From: Bacillota bacterium
GTDB lineage: Bacteria; Bacillota; Dethiobacteria; DTU022; UBA8154
Length of the DNA: 43,755 bases
Direction: 5' to 3'
Assembly (NCBI GenBank): GCA_029778075.1
Contig: JAKORA010000334.1
Location: 1-43,755 of the forward strand
Under the pieces are notes generated by a model, which had not been told where the DNA came from, did no database searches, and was given only the letters and a program-made list of their open reading frames with translations. This document shows, piece by piece, positions 33,570 through 42,642 of this stretch. The translations under genes and the position numbers were made by a program. Within the stretch, counting starts at the first letter, position 1, and every line of letters begins with the position of its first letter.

Positions 33570-35492
33570 CTAACCCTGACGCCAGATAACCTTCCCGCTC
33601 TGCCGTAGATCATAGCCCCCCATTTTCTCCACTCCCTCACGGAATGAAGGAGAGGCTATAACAGTCAAAAGTGCCTTGCACTGGGCTGAATTGTAGAAAA
33701 ACGCTGGAATGGCCAGATCGTATGACTCCCAGGCAAGCGGTATAAAATCTACGTTAAGAGCTTGGGCAGCAGCTCGGATTCCCAGTCCGGCATCGGCGCC
33801 TCCTGCGGCAACCGAGGCGGCAACGGCAAGATGGGTATATTCTTCACGCTCATAGCCCTTAATAAGGGCAGGATCGATGCCCTTCCCCCTGAGCATAAAA
33901 TCAAGATAAATACGAGTTCCCGCACCCTTTTGCCTGTTAACGAACACAACATCATTCCTGCTAAGATCTTCTATCCTGGTAATTCCCAGAGGGTTGCCTT
34001 TGGCTACTATCAAGCCCAGTTCTCTTTTGGCCAGATGAACCAGGACGATTTCCATATCGGGCAGGTATCGCCGTAAATAGGGAATGTTATACAGGCCGCT
34101 CTCAGGATCGAGCAAGTGCACGCCGGCCAGGTGGGTCTCTCCCCTTTTGATTGCTATTATGCCTCCCATGCTTCCTACATGGGCGGAAGATAGCGTGTAC
34201 CCAAGTCCCTGCTTCTGCAGGTGGTCGTTTAGAATATCAAGGCTGAGGTCGTGGCTCCCCAGGCAGACGATAGTGTTCTCAATTTCGGCGGGAGTACGCC
34301 ACAATTCAATGGAAACTGCCTCCCCGGCCTCAATGCCTTCCTTATCCTGGGGGATAACTGTGATACCGTCGGCACGCACCAGCGACATAGTTACCCCAGA
34401 ACCTCCCGGTAGCGGGGTAGCGACCAATTTATTGTTTACTTTTCCCACCTTTAGACGCAAAAACTCCTCTTCCTTTAATGAAGAGATAATGCGCCGGGAA
34501 CTGAAGGCTTCCAAGATAGGGCGTTGAGGGGGAGTCTGTTTCTGCCAGTTATACAGGAGAGGCATGACAAAGAGTTCCAGCGCCATATAAGCGGCAACGG
34601 GATAACCGGGAAGGCCAACTACCGGCGTTGAGCCGATCATAGCCAGGATAACCGGTTTACCGGGCTTTATGGCCACGCCGTGCACAAGTACCCGGCCAAG
34701 TTTTTCCAGGATACTAACGGTATAATCCTTGCGCCCTGCAGACGAACCGGCACTTATAAGCACCAGATCGCTCTTTTCCACAGCCTTTAAAAGGGCGGCC
34801 TCCAGTTTTGCCGGATCATCCTTTATGATCGGGAATCTGGTGGTTTCTGCGCCCCAGTCCCTAACAGCCGCAGCAAAGGTATATGAATTGGACTCCAAAA
34901 TCTTACCCGGTTCAGGTAAATCTACCGGCTCCACAAGCTCAGAACCCGTAGGAATTAAAGCGATCCGGGGCTTTTTAAACACTTTAAGGGTAAATATACC
35001 GCCGTTTATCAGTGCCCCAATATCGAAAGGCCTGATGAGATGGTAGGAAGGCAAGATCATTTCCGTAGCCACGATATCCTCACCAATGGAACGGACATGC
35101 TGCCAGGGGGTTGCCGGCTCCCTGATCTCTATTTCACGGGGGTTTTCCTTATCGGGGTAAAAAATATCTTCAATCATGATCACGGCATCACAGCCAGGAG
35201 GAAGCATCCCACCGGTATCCACGTAAAAGGCATTATCTTCCAGCCTGAGCCTCCGGGGAGAGGTCGGAGCAGCGCCAAAAGTATCAGCGGCTTTAACGGC
35301 CACACCATCCATGGCCGCAGCATGATAATGTGGTGACGAAATGCGTGCAAAAACCGGCTCGGAAGTTACCCTCCCCGCAGCCTCGACAGTTGCGATCTCT
35401 TCATCGCCCATCTTTCTGGCAAGAGCCGCCTGCAAGAAAATCTCCCGGGCCCTGGAGAGCGAAGTATTGCTAAGATAAATCTTTCTTTCCAT
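33570..35492 (-). CDS. moeA: MoeA fused to a C-terminal PBP (molybdate/tungstate-binding-like) domain
   Basis: MoeA motifs AAMDGVAV, VDTG..P.GCDAVIMIE, IKPGKP and LPGYP. C-terminal GSHD, VGSMGG and FVNRQKGAGTR. Confidence 0.9.
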   Translation of the reverse strand: MERKIYLSNTSLSRAREIFLQAALARKMGDEEIATVEAAGRVTSEPVFARISSPHYHAAAMDGVAVKAADTFGAAPTSPRRLRLEDNAFYVDTGGMLPPGCDAVIMIEDIFYPDKENPREIEIREPATPWQHVRSIGEDIVATEMILPSYHLIRPFDIGALINGGIFTLKVFKKPRIALIPTGSELVEPVDLPEPGKILESNSYTFAAAVRDWGAETTRFPIIKDDPAKLEAALLKAVEKSDLVLISAGSSAGRKDYTVSILEKLGRVLVHGVAIKPGKPVILAMIGSTPVVGLPGYPVAAYMALELFVMPLLYNWQKQTPPQRPILEAFSSRRIISSLKEEEFLRLKVGKVNNKLVATPLPGGSGVTMSLVRADGITVIPQDKEGIEAGEAVSIELWRTPAEIENTIVCLGSHDLSLDILNDHLQKQGLGYTLSSAHVGSMGGIIAIKRGETHLAGVHLLDPESGLYNIPYLRRYLPDMEIVLVHLAKRELGLIVAKGNPLGITRIEDLSRNDVVFVNRQKGAGTRIYLDFMLRGKGIDPALIKGYEREEYTHLAVAASVAAGGADAGLGIRAAAQALNVDFIPLAWESYDLAIPAFFYNSAQCKALLTVIASPSFREGVEKMGGYDLRQSGKVIWRQG

Positions 35493-35543
35493 TGAAATGT
35501 ACCTCCTGTATTACATTCCCGGTAACAATTTGCTTGTTAACCC

Positions 35544-35565
35544 GACCCCGTGCCCGGGCGGGGTC
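35544..35565. other. GC-rich hairpin between the two moeA genes
   Basis: GACCCCG-N8-CGGGGTC; no clear U-tract on the minus strand. Confidence 0.4.
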
Positions 35566-35637
35566 TTGAAGATCGCGGTGTTCTGCTCAGGTAGCTTGAA
35601 TTCTGGAAGGTACTCTGTCAGGCCTTTATTATGATGT

Positions 35638-36882
35638 TTAAAAAAGAAAAACTTTTATCTTGCTTCCCTCTAACATACCCTCAACATCACGTGGAATGAC
35701 GAAATATCCGTCCCCTTTGACCATGGTGCTCAACAGACTCGACCCGCCGAAGACAGGCCTGGCGCGAAGTGGCGCTTCCTTTCCGGAAGTAGAGGGTCCC
35801 TCGTGCAGCGTTACCCGTACATAATCTTCCCTGCCCCCCGGAGACGATAGATTTGTATCCAGAAAGGCCTCAACATACGGCGAAAAGGCAGGAAAAGCAG
35901 AAAGACCCTGCATCAAGCGCAATGCAGGCCTGACAAATAAAATAAAGCTAAACATCGCAGAAACAGGATTCCCGGAAAGGCCAAAAATCGGTTTGCCCCC
36001 ACTAAGCCCGAAAATGAAGGGCTTCCCCGGTTTCATAGAGACACCGTGAAATAGCACCTCGCCCCCGGGCAGTTCATTTATTGCCTCTACAGCAACATCC
36101 CTGGCACCTACGGAACTGCCACCGGAAATGAGGACTATATCGTAACGCTCCAAACTAGTGAGCAGCCCCCTTTTCAGCCCTTCCTTTTCATCGGCGATAA
36201 TGCCGCAATACTGCGGTTCTCCACCGCTCTCCAAAACCTGTGCCGAAAGGGCAAAACCATTAATATCCCTGATCTGCCCGGGTTTGGGCTGTTCACTGGG
36301 GGAGACAATTTCATCCCCGGTAGAGAAAATGCCAACCCTGGGCCGGGCATAAACCTCTAGCTCCATAATTCCCAGGGCAGATAAAATGCCGATATCCTGG
36401 AAGCGGATCATATGCCCGGCCGGTAAAACAAGAGATCCCTCCTGAAAATCCTCTCCTTCGCGGACGATGTTCTCCAGGGGAGCAGCAGGCCGGTATACAG
36501 CCACCTGGTTTCCCAGCACTTCGCAGTACTCCAGCATTACAACGCTATCGCTACCCGGGGGCAGCATCCCCCCCGTAGGAATAGACATGGCTTCACCAGT
36601 CCCCAGGCTGCCAGGTGGCTCTTTCCCCATCAGGATGTGGCCTTTTAACGTAAGCAGAGAGGGAATGCTTTCAGACGCCCCAAAGGTATCGGAGCTGCGC
36701 ACAGCAAAACCATCCATTGTTGCGCGGGCAAAAGGAGGGACCGCTTCTGTGGCCACAATCTCTCTGGCGGTAACTCGACCCAGCGAATCCGTGACCGGAA
36801 TGTTTTCTTTTTCTGTCCGTGTATCGTTTAATGAAGCTATGATACGTTCCTGGGCCTCTTTAACAGTGAGCACTGTTAACAA
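35638..36882 (-). CDS. moeA: Molybdopterin molybdotransferase MoeA (gephyrin-like)
   Basis: Motifs PPFARATMDGFAV, IPTGGMLPPGSDSVVMLE, STGDE, SGGSSVG, MKPGKP and LSGNP. Confidence 0.92.
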   Translation of the reverse strand: MLTVLTVKEAQERIIASLNDTRTEKENIPVTDSLGRVTAREIVATEAVPPFARATMDGFAVRSSDTFGASESIPSLLTLKGHILMGKEPPGSLGTGEAMSIPTGGMLPPGSDSVVMLEYCEVLGNQVAVYRPAAPLENIVREGEDFQEGSLVLPAGHMIRFQDIGILSALGIMELEVYARPRVGIFSTGDEIVSPSEQPKPGQIRDINGFALSAQVLESGGEPQYCGIIADEKEGLKRGLLTSLERYDIVLISGGSSVGARDVAVEAINELPGGEVLFHGVSMKPGKPFIFGLSGGKPIFGLSGNPVSAMFSFILFVRPALRLMQGLSAFPAFSPYVEAFLDTNLSSPGGREDYVRVTLHEGPSTSGKEAPLRARPVFGGSSLLSTMVKGDGYFVIPRDVEGMLEGSKIKVFLF

Positions 36883-36988
36883 TTAAACCACTCCACCGGT
36901 ATATTAATATGAAAATCAAAAATTTACATCCAAACTGATGGTGAAGCACATACTTCATGGGTGTCTAAAAGCAAATGCTGCCCTATTC

Positions 36989-37156
36989 TCAAAAACAACC
37001 GAGCTGGCAGTTTATAATCTTTATCTTCAAATCATTACAGAGTTTTCCCACCTCAGCTATAGCACAATTACACTCCCTGGCAATTTTAAAAGCCATCACA
37101 CAGGGGATCTTACCATTTGGAGCTGCTTCAAGTAGTTTCTTTTTAACTTCCTCCAT
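36989..37156 (-). CDS. 55-aa Cys-rich small protein ending CQLGCF (not in the ORF track)
   Basis: AGGAGGGAAAACA-ATG; translates to MEEVKKKLLEAAPNGKIPCVMAFKIARECNCAIAEVGKLCNDLKIKIINCQLGCF*. Confidence 0.8.
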   Translation of the reverse strand: MEEVKKKLLEAAPNGKIPCVMAFKIARECNCAIAEVGKLCNDLKIKIINCQLGCF

Positions 37157-37214
37157 TGTTTTCCCTCCTATTCGTATAACAACCAGTATAAAAGTATTGG
37201 CATATTCAAATTTT

Positions 37215-37243
37215 AAGTTACATCATTCTCCGCCTTTTGTCAA
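37215..37243 (-). promoter_or_regulatory. Possible sigmaA promoter for the small protein-moeA operon
   Basis: Minus strand TTGACA, 17-bp spacer, TAACTT (weak -10). Confidence 0.4.
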
Positions 37244-37360
37244 TTAAAGCAGCATTTTAAATGCGGGTGATTAAACCTGACATTAAATGAGGCAGATACG
37301 GCTATAATCTTGTTTTTTTATCTCATTGTCGGACAAACACAGGAAGCTGGTTGAAAGTTT

Positions 37361-37397
37361 AAAACTATTGAGCCCGGGAGTACCCCCCGGGCTCAAT
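37361..37397 (-). terminator. Intrinsic terminator after the oah-like gene
   Basis: Stem ATTGAGCCCGGG / CCCGGGCTCAAT followed by AGTTTT on the minus strand. Confidence 0.75.
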
Positions 37398-37424
37398 CCA
37401 TGTAGTATCTCTAAATTTAATTCC

Positions 37425-38576
37425 CTATTTCTGAGGCTTCGGCATAACTTCCTCAAAGAGTTCTTCATCAAAACGGCGGCCTTTGGCCAGCAACTGCCGG
37501 AGTTTAATGATATCGGCATCCCTGCTACCGGTCATCTTAGAGGTGTTAAATGCGGTCATACCCATATCGAACTCACCGTATACGCCGGCATTGGCGGCCC
37601 ACCAGAAGATAGTCTCAGCTTTGGTTCTTTCCCAGGACACTTTCTTCTGAGCTCTGATCATTTGCAGTGAATTCCCGACCTGTTGCGGATACAGATTGGC
37701 AAAAGTCCACACTACTTCGTCAACCGCTTGATCCAGGCGGGAAGTATCCCTTTCCAGCGTCTTGACGAGGGCTTTGGCCTCTTTCAACTCGTCACCGGTT
37801 TTAAATTCGCCGTATACAATTTGTCCATCTTCAATCCACTTGTCGGTTATGACTTCCGGGTTCCTGATAAATTTGCCGTCTTTCTTGAGCACGGGTTCAA
37901 CCCTGTGGATATAGCTTTTGCGCAGCATCTTATAAGCGCTCCACTGCTCAGCACAGGCGACGGTATTCCATACTGCATCTTCGATAGTCATGAAAACCGA
38001 TTTAAACTGAACAGCACCGCCCATGGCTGTAGAACCATGACGTGGCCCTACCTGACCAAAAGTGGCGGTATCGGCGGCAATAGTCAAATCGCAGCAGCCG
38101 CTGATCTCTTCGCCACCACCGATACTCATACCCTGCACCCGGCGGATAAAGGGTTTCGTTGAAGTCCAAACAGCATTAAAAGCATCCCAATATACCTGCA
38201 TATAAGCCTGGCAATCCAACGGCCTGCCAATCATATGTTCTGAATACTCGGGAACGTTGCCGCCCGTGCAGAAAAATCTGTCGCCTGCACCGGTAAGAAC
38301 AACGGCAACCACACTAGGATCGCGGGAGGCCAGTTGAAAAGCGCAGGCAGCTCCAGCTAACATCTCAAGGTTGTAAGAGTTCCCCTGCTTTTCGTTATCC
38401 AGAATTACATAGCCCACATACAGCCCCTCTACTGGTTCTTTTGTCTGGGGATTAACTAAAGGTCTTTTCTCATATACGGTACGCGGAGGAGCTGGTTTTT
38501 CTAAAAGGTCCCTTCTGACAGTCGTGTAGTCAAATATGTTTTCTTTTGGTGCTCTTGGAATCCAATCTAACGACAT
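37425..38576 (-). CDS. oah: 6-oxocyclohex-1-ene-1-carbonyl-CoA hydrolase-like crotonase (Oah/BamA family, divergent)
   Basis: VYEKRP, LDNEKQGNSY, TGAGDRFFCTGGN, GMSIGGGEEI, FGQVGPRHGS, GKFIRNPEVITD, IVYGEFKTG and C-terminal LRQLLAKG; 383 aa fits the family. Confidence 0.8.
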   Translation of the reverse strand: MSLDWIPRAPKENIFDYTTVRRDLLEKPAPPRTVYEKRPLVNPQTKEPVEGLYVGYVILDNEKQGNSYNLEMLAGAACAFQLASRDPSVVAVVLTGAGDRFFCTGGNVPEYSEHMIGRPLDCQAYMQVYWDAFNAVWTSTKPFIRRVQGMSIGGGEEISGCCDLTIAADTATFGQVGPRHGSTAMGGAVQFKSVFMTIEDAVWNTVACAEQWSAYKMLRKSYIHRVEPVLKKDGKFIRNPEVITDKWIEDGQIVYGEFKTGDELKEAKALVKTLERDTSRLDQAVDEVVWTFANLYPQQVGNSLQMIRAQKKVSWERTKAETIFWWAANAGVYGEFDMGMTAFNTSKMTGSRDADIIKLRQLLAKGRRFDEELFEEVMPKPQK

Positions 38577-39260
38577 ATCTTTTTATGACCCTCCTTAAAA
38601 AGTAATTTGTTAATTATGCTAGAGCCGGGATTAGTAGAACCCTTCTAGCAGAAGAACCTCCTTTATATGCATCAACAACCAATTATTAAGGCTTAGAACT
38701 CTTAACCATTCTATCCCACAAACAATTCTTCTTTCCCCAGTACCACAATCCGGATAATATTTTATTATGTATCGTGTTGTTTGCACTGCTACTTGTACCG
38801 ATTTCTCCGGCAATGTAAATACTGGTTATTCCAACTTTCCTGGCTTAAAGTCTTCTGCTCACCTCCTTCACTGTTGTAGTAATCGATTCAACTAAGGAGG
38901 TTCAGGAAATCCAGTCTCTCCTTAAACCATTTTTGTTACATAAATAAATAAATGAATAATCTCTGAAGTCTGCTTTTTGAGAGAATGCCAGGCAAGCATA
39001 TCTTTCTTTAAGAAGAACTATTTGCGGGAACACTACATTGCTTACCAACCTATGTAGGATGATTATTTATCCTATCGTCAAATTTTATTTTATTTTATAA
39101 CCTATCTTCGTGCACACTTTATAACATATCATAGCAGTTGCCTTAAGTCAAGCATTTTTCGCCTCGCTTTGTGAATTACTGTTCCAATCGCAAAACGGTG
39201 AATCCGCGCAGATCCGCAGATTGAAAAAATGGAGTTTCTTGTAATGACTGGCAATAAAAG

Positions 39261-39479
39261 TTACCCCCCGGCAATAACGGGATAGATACGGATCTCATCC
39301 CCGTCTCGAATCGCCTTTTTACTGTATTCCGAGGGAGGAATGACTTCATTGTTAACAATTACTGTAGCCCTGCCGCTAAAAACAATATTGTAAGTTTTTT
39401 CCTTCCTTATGATCTGTAGGAGCCCTTCGACCGTCAGCCCATCTTTCCATTCCATTTCCCGGAAGTTAACCCGAATCAA
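39261..39479 (-). CDS. ThiS/MoaD-family sulfur carrier protein
   Basis: 72 aa from TTG 39479, with VIVNNEVIP, IRDGDEIRI and a C-terminal Gly-Gly (IAGG*). Confidence 0.85.
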   Translation of the reverse strand: MIRVNFREMEWKDGLTVEGLLQIIRKEKTYNIVFSGRATVIVNNEVIPPSEYSKKAIRDGDEIRIYPVIAGG

Positions 39480-39505
39480 CAGCTTTCCCCCCACTTTCAA
39501 AAGAG

Positions 39506-39540
39506 GAGAAGAGGTGCCGTGAAAAAAAGCACCTCTTCTC
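39506..39540 (-). terminator. Hairpin (terminator or mRNA stabiliser) between aor and the sulfur-carrier gene
   Basis: 12-bp perfect stem GAGAAGAGGTGC / GCACCTCTTCTC. Confidence 0.55.
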
Positions 39541-39549
39541 AATTTGATC

Positions 39550-41250
39550 TTAGTAATTGAGCACACCGTCAAGTTCCAATGGTTTTATATCAAAAACGGA
39601 ACCTGTAGCCGGGGCTTTATCCGTGGTAAAGAAGTCCGGCAAACGGTCATCTTCAGGTTTAAATCCGGCGGCAGCATTGAATGCTTTCTCCCTTAAAACG
39701 GACTGCCGTCCGATGTCGATTACTTTGTTAAAATCCCATTCGCCTCCATACACTCCCGCCAGCAATTCCGGAATTGTGTCGGGAGAAGCAGCTGCAAACC
39801 AGGCAAACAGGCACATAAGGCTGTCCGCAGCGGCAAATATGGGTTGCAGCATGGATGAAACGGCGGCCTGACCCAGGGGGTTCAGGGGATCCAGCGGCGC
39901 CTCCAGTGTCAGACCTGCGGTATGGTCGGCACCCATGGGTGAAGTAGCATAGGTTACGCCGGTTCCTTTAAGGTTCCTCGGTTCGTATCCGGACAGCGCC
40001 TGCCCTTTTACGACCGGTATTCTCTTTACACCAAGCGCCTTACCGGTAGCCATAGTGCCCTGTCCAAGCAGCCTGCCCAGTTCAGTCCCTTCCATCATCT
40101 CTTTAATCAGCCCAATCGCCGCCTCACCGTCTCCCCAAGGGATCTTGCCGGCTTCCATGCAGACGGCAATTGTGGCTCCAGTCTCAATGGTGTCAAGGCC
40201 GAAGTCGTCGCACAACCTGTCCATGCGGGCAATTATGTCCAGGTCGGCGATGGCGCAGTTGGAGCCGCAAAGGGCGATAGTTTCGTATTCCAGGCCGGAG
40301 GTAACGTATTTCCCGTCGGGATCGTGATAACGGTTGGAGCAGTGGAGCACACAGCCCGCCTGACAGGGTTCCCCGGTTTTTCCTCCGCGTGATTTGATGT
40401 TGTTCATGAATTGATCCGCGGTGATAGAGCTTAATTTGTCGTTGAATCCGCCGCTGTAGTTACGGAAGGGCATAATGGCTACAGAACCGGTAATGCCAAC
40501 GAGCGCGGGGGTACCTATTTCACGCAACCATTGCATCCCCGCATTGTTAATGATTACTTCGGTAAATTTTTTCCTGGCAGCCTCAAATCTCTCTTTATCA
40601 GCATACTGGAAAACATGAGGGGTTTCATTTCTTTCGATGACCACGGCTTTGATCTTTTTAGAGCCCATAACGGCCCCCAGTCCTCCCCGCGCATTTGCGC
40701 GGGAGGGGTAGCCTGTTGAAAAATCGATGTTTTGCAGTGAGGAGTTACGGTACTGCATCTCCCCGGCTTTGCCAATGGAGATAACGGCAATTGAATCCCC
40801 AAATTGTCCTTTCAGTTTTTCAACCAGGTCATAGTTATTGAGCCCGGCATAGCCGCCAGCCGGTACAAGCTCCGGCGTTCCGTCTTTACCTATTTTCAGT
40901 AGATGCCACTGATCAGTTTCAGGCAGGTCTTCAAAAATAATCATTTTGATGTCGTGACGCGCCATGTAGGTCGCAAAGGTGCCACCGGAGTTGGCCTCTT
41001 TAATTCCTCCCGTCAGAGGGCTTTTGGCACCGACGGAGATCCGGTGAGCGGCAGGCACTGTGGTTCCGGCCAGCAGGCTTGTACAGAGGATCAGTTTGTT
41101 GCCCGCACCAAGCGGGTCGCAGGTAGGATCTACTTCTTCACTCAGCACTTTGCTGATCAAGCTCCGGCCGCCCAGCAGCCGGTAATCCTCTTTAAGCTCT
41201 TCCCGGGCTATTGTTTTTGTTTTTACATTGACCCTGTATACTTTTGCCAT
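39550..41250 (-). CDS. Aldehyde ferredoxin oxidoreductase (tungstopterin AOR family)
   Basis: Motifs KSPLTGGIKEANSGG, RGGLGAVMGSK, CQAGCVLHC, EYET, CDDFGLDTIETG and TSPMGADH. Confidence 0.9.
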   Translation of the reverse strand: MAKVYRVNVKTKTIAREELKEDYRLLGGRSLISKVLSEEVDPTCDPLGAGNKLILCTSLLAGTTVPAAHRISVGAKSPLTGGIKEANSGGTFATYMARHDIKMIIFEDLPETDQWHLLKIGKDGTPELVPAGGYAGLNNYDLVEKLKGQFGDSIAVISIGKAGEMQYRNSSLQNIDFSTGYPSRANARGGLGAVMGSKKIKAVVIERNETPHVFQYADKERFEAARKKFTEVIINNAGMQWLREIGTPALVGITGSVAIMPFRNYSGGFNDKLSSITADQFMNNIKSRGGKTGEPCQAGCVLHCSNRYHDPDGKYVTSGLEYETIALCGSNCAIADLDIIARMDRLCDDFGLDTIETGATIAVCMEAGKIPWGDGEAAIGLIKEMMEGTELGRLLGQGTMATGKALGVKRIPVVKGQALSGYEPRNLKGTGVTYATSPMGADHTAGLTLEAPLDPLNPLGQAAVSSMLQPIFAAADSLMCLFAWFAAASPDTIPELLAGVYGGEWDFNKVIDIGRQSVLREKAFNAAAGFKPEDDRLPDFFTTDKAPATGSVFDIKPLELDGVLNY

Positions 41251-41269
41251 TAGCTTTCACCTCTTTCTT

Positions 41270-42427
41270 TTAATATTCATAGACCTTCTTGAGCATCCCC
41301 AGTATTTGGGCAGCGGAGGCGCGCTTGGGTCCGAACATAAAGCAGTCATCGGTCATAACTCCATCGATTAGTTGTTCTAACGATGACTCTTCAATTTTAA
41401 AGTCCTTCAGGCTGGGAATTCCTACCTCCCGGTTCAACTGCCGGATGGCCTCCGCTACCGCTCCACCCAGCTCTGCAGGGGATAGATTTTCGTCCAGTGA
41501 AAGTCCCATAGCCAGACCTACCTGCCGGACTTTGCCTGGAACAGCATCTGCTACATATTCCATAACCGCCGGCAGCGCAAGGGCACAGCCTACTCCATGG
41601 GGAATATGGTACTTCGCCCCGATTGTATGGGCGATAGCATGCCCCCAGTGCGTAAGAGAATCGCTAAAGGAAAAACCGGCGATCAGAGCGGCAAAAGAGA
41701 GGTTTGTCCTGGCGGCAAGATCGCTGCCGTCTTTAACAGCCTTGTTCAAGTTCTGAGTAATCAGGGAGATTGCTTTTTCCCCCAGCACATCAGACATAGG
41801 ATTCATACCCCCCGAGGTCAGCGCCTCTGCGGCATGGGCAAAGGCGTCCATGCCGGTCGATGCCGTGATCTGCGGGGGCAGCCCCAGGAGCAACTCGGGG
41901 TCAACAATGGCCAGTGTCGCCGTAGTGGCTGGCCCAATTACCCCTTTTTTGCTGTTGGTAGCTGTGTCAGACACTACGCTGATCGGTGTGACCTCACTTC
42001 CGGTCCCTGCCGTGGTGGGGATCATGACGGCAACTTTACCGGGTTTATGCTCCCGACCGGAGCCGACATAGTAAAGATTGATGGGCGGCGGGTTGGTGAG
42101 AAGCAAATTTATGGCCTTGGCGGTATCCATAGTACTGCCTCCGCCCACCCCGACGACACCGTCAACTTGCTCCTCATTAGCCATTACAGCCGCTTCATTG
42201 ATGATGGTATCAGGCGGATCCGCCTTTACTCCATCAAAAATTACGACCTGAAGCCCCGCCGCCTTAAGATTGTCGATGATCTTGTCGGCAATCCCGGCAC
42301 TTTTTACTCCCTGGTCATAAACACACAGGACCTTCTGAGCACCCAGCTCTTTCACTTTTAGACCTGTTCGCATTGAGGCTCCCGGACCGAAAAGAACGGG
42401 GACCGTCCGACTGAAACTGGTAATCAT
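41270..42427 (-). CDS. Iron-containing alcohol dehydrogenase
   Basis: Motifs VGGGSTMDTAK, IPTTAGTGSEVT, GMDAFAHAAE, HAIAH and HIPHG. Confidence 0.92.
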   Translation of the reverse strand: MITSFSRTVPVLFGPGASMRTGLKVKELGAQKVLCVYDQGVKSAGIADKIIDNLKAAGLQVVIFDGVKADPPDTIINEAAVMANEEQVDGVVGVGGGSTMDTAKAINLLLTNPPPINLYYVGSGREHKPGKVAVMIPTTAGTGSEVTPISVVSDTATNSKKGVIGPATTATLAIVDPELLLGLPPQITASTGMDAFAHAAEALTSGGMNPMSDVLGEKAISLITQNLNKAVKDGSDLAARTNLSFAALIAGFSFSDSLTHWGHAIAHTIGAKYHIPHGVGCALALPAVMEYVADAVPGKVRQVGLAMGLSLDENLSPAELGGAVAEAIRQLNREVGIPSLKDFKIEESSLEQLIDGVMTDDCFMFGPKRASAAQILGMLKKVYEY

Positions 42428-42642
42428 TAATGTATCACTCCTTTCGAATCTGTTGATTCAAGGGGTTAAAACCCTTCTTCCACAAGGACACCTTGCCCGG
42501 AAATTTATGATACGGTATTATGGTTATAAAATGTATATTCGACGAATATTCTAAAAACCCTTTATTATAAATCTGGTTTAAATTTTATTAGTAATTGTTA
42601 AAGTTAAACTAATGGCAATTTTAATTTATCACAGATTTTCGG

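Noticed and set aside
36980-36994. Selenocysteine read-through of the small Cys-rich protein (TGT TTT TGA GAA TAG)
   Set aside because: No convincing SECIS hairpin follows, read-through would add only two residues, and CQLGCF looks like a natural end.
35493-37300. Moco/Wco or cobalamin riboswitch ahead of the cofactor genes
   Set aside because: No recognisable aptamer motifs were found, and the region upstream of moeA is explained by a small CDS and a promoter.
30487-42361. Long antisense ORFs (e.g. 30487-31215, 41597-42361; also 16164-16739, 27653-28234)
   Set aside because: They are shadow frames opposite well-supported genes and have no motifs or RBSs.
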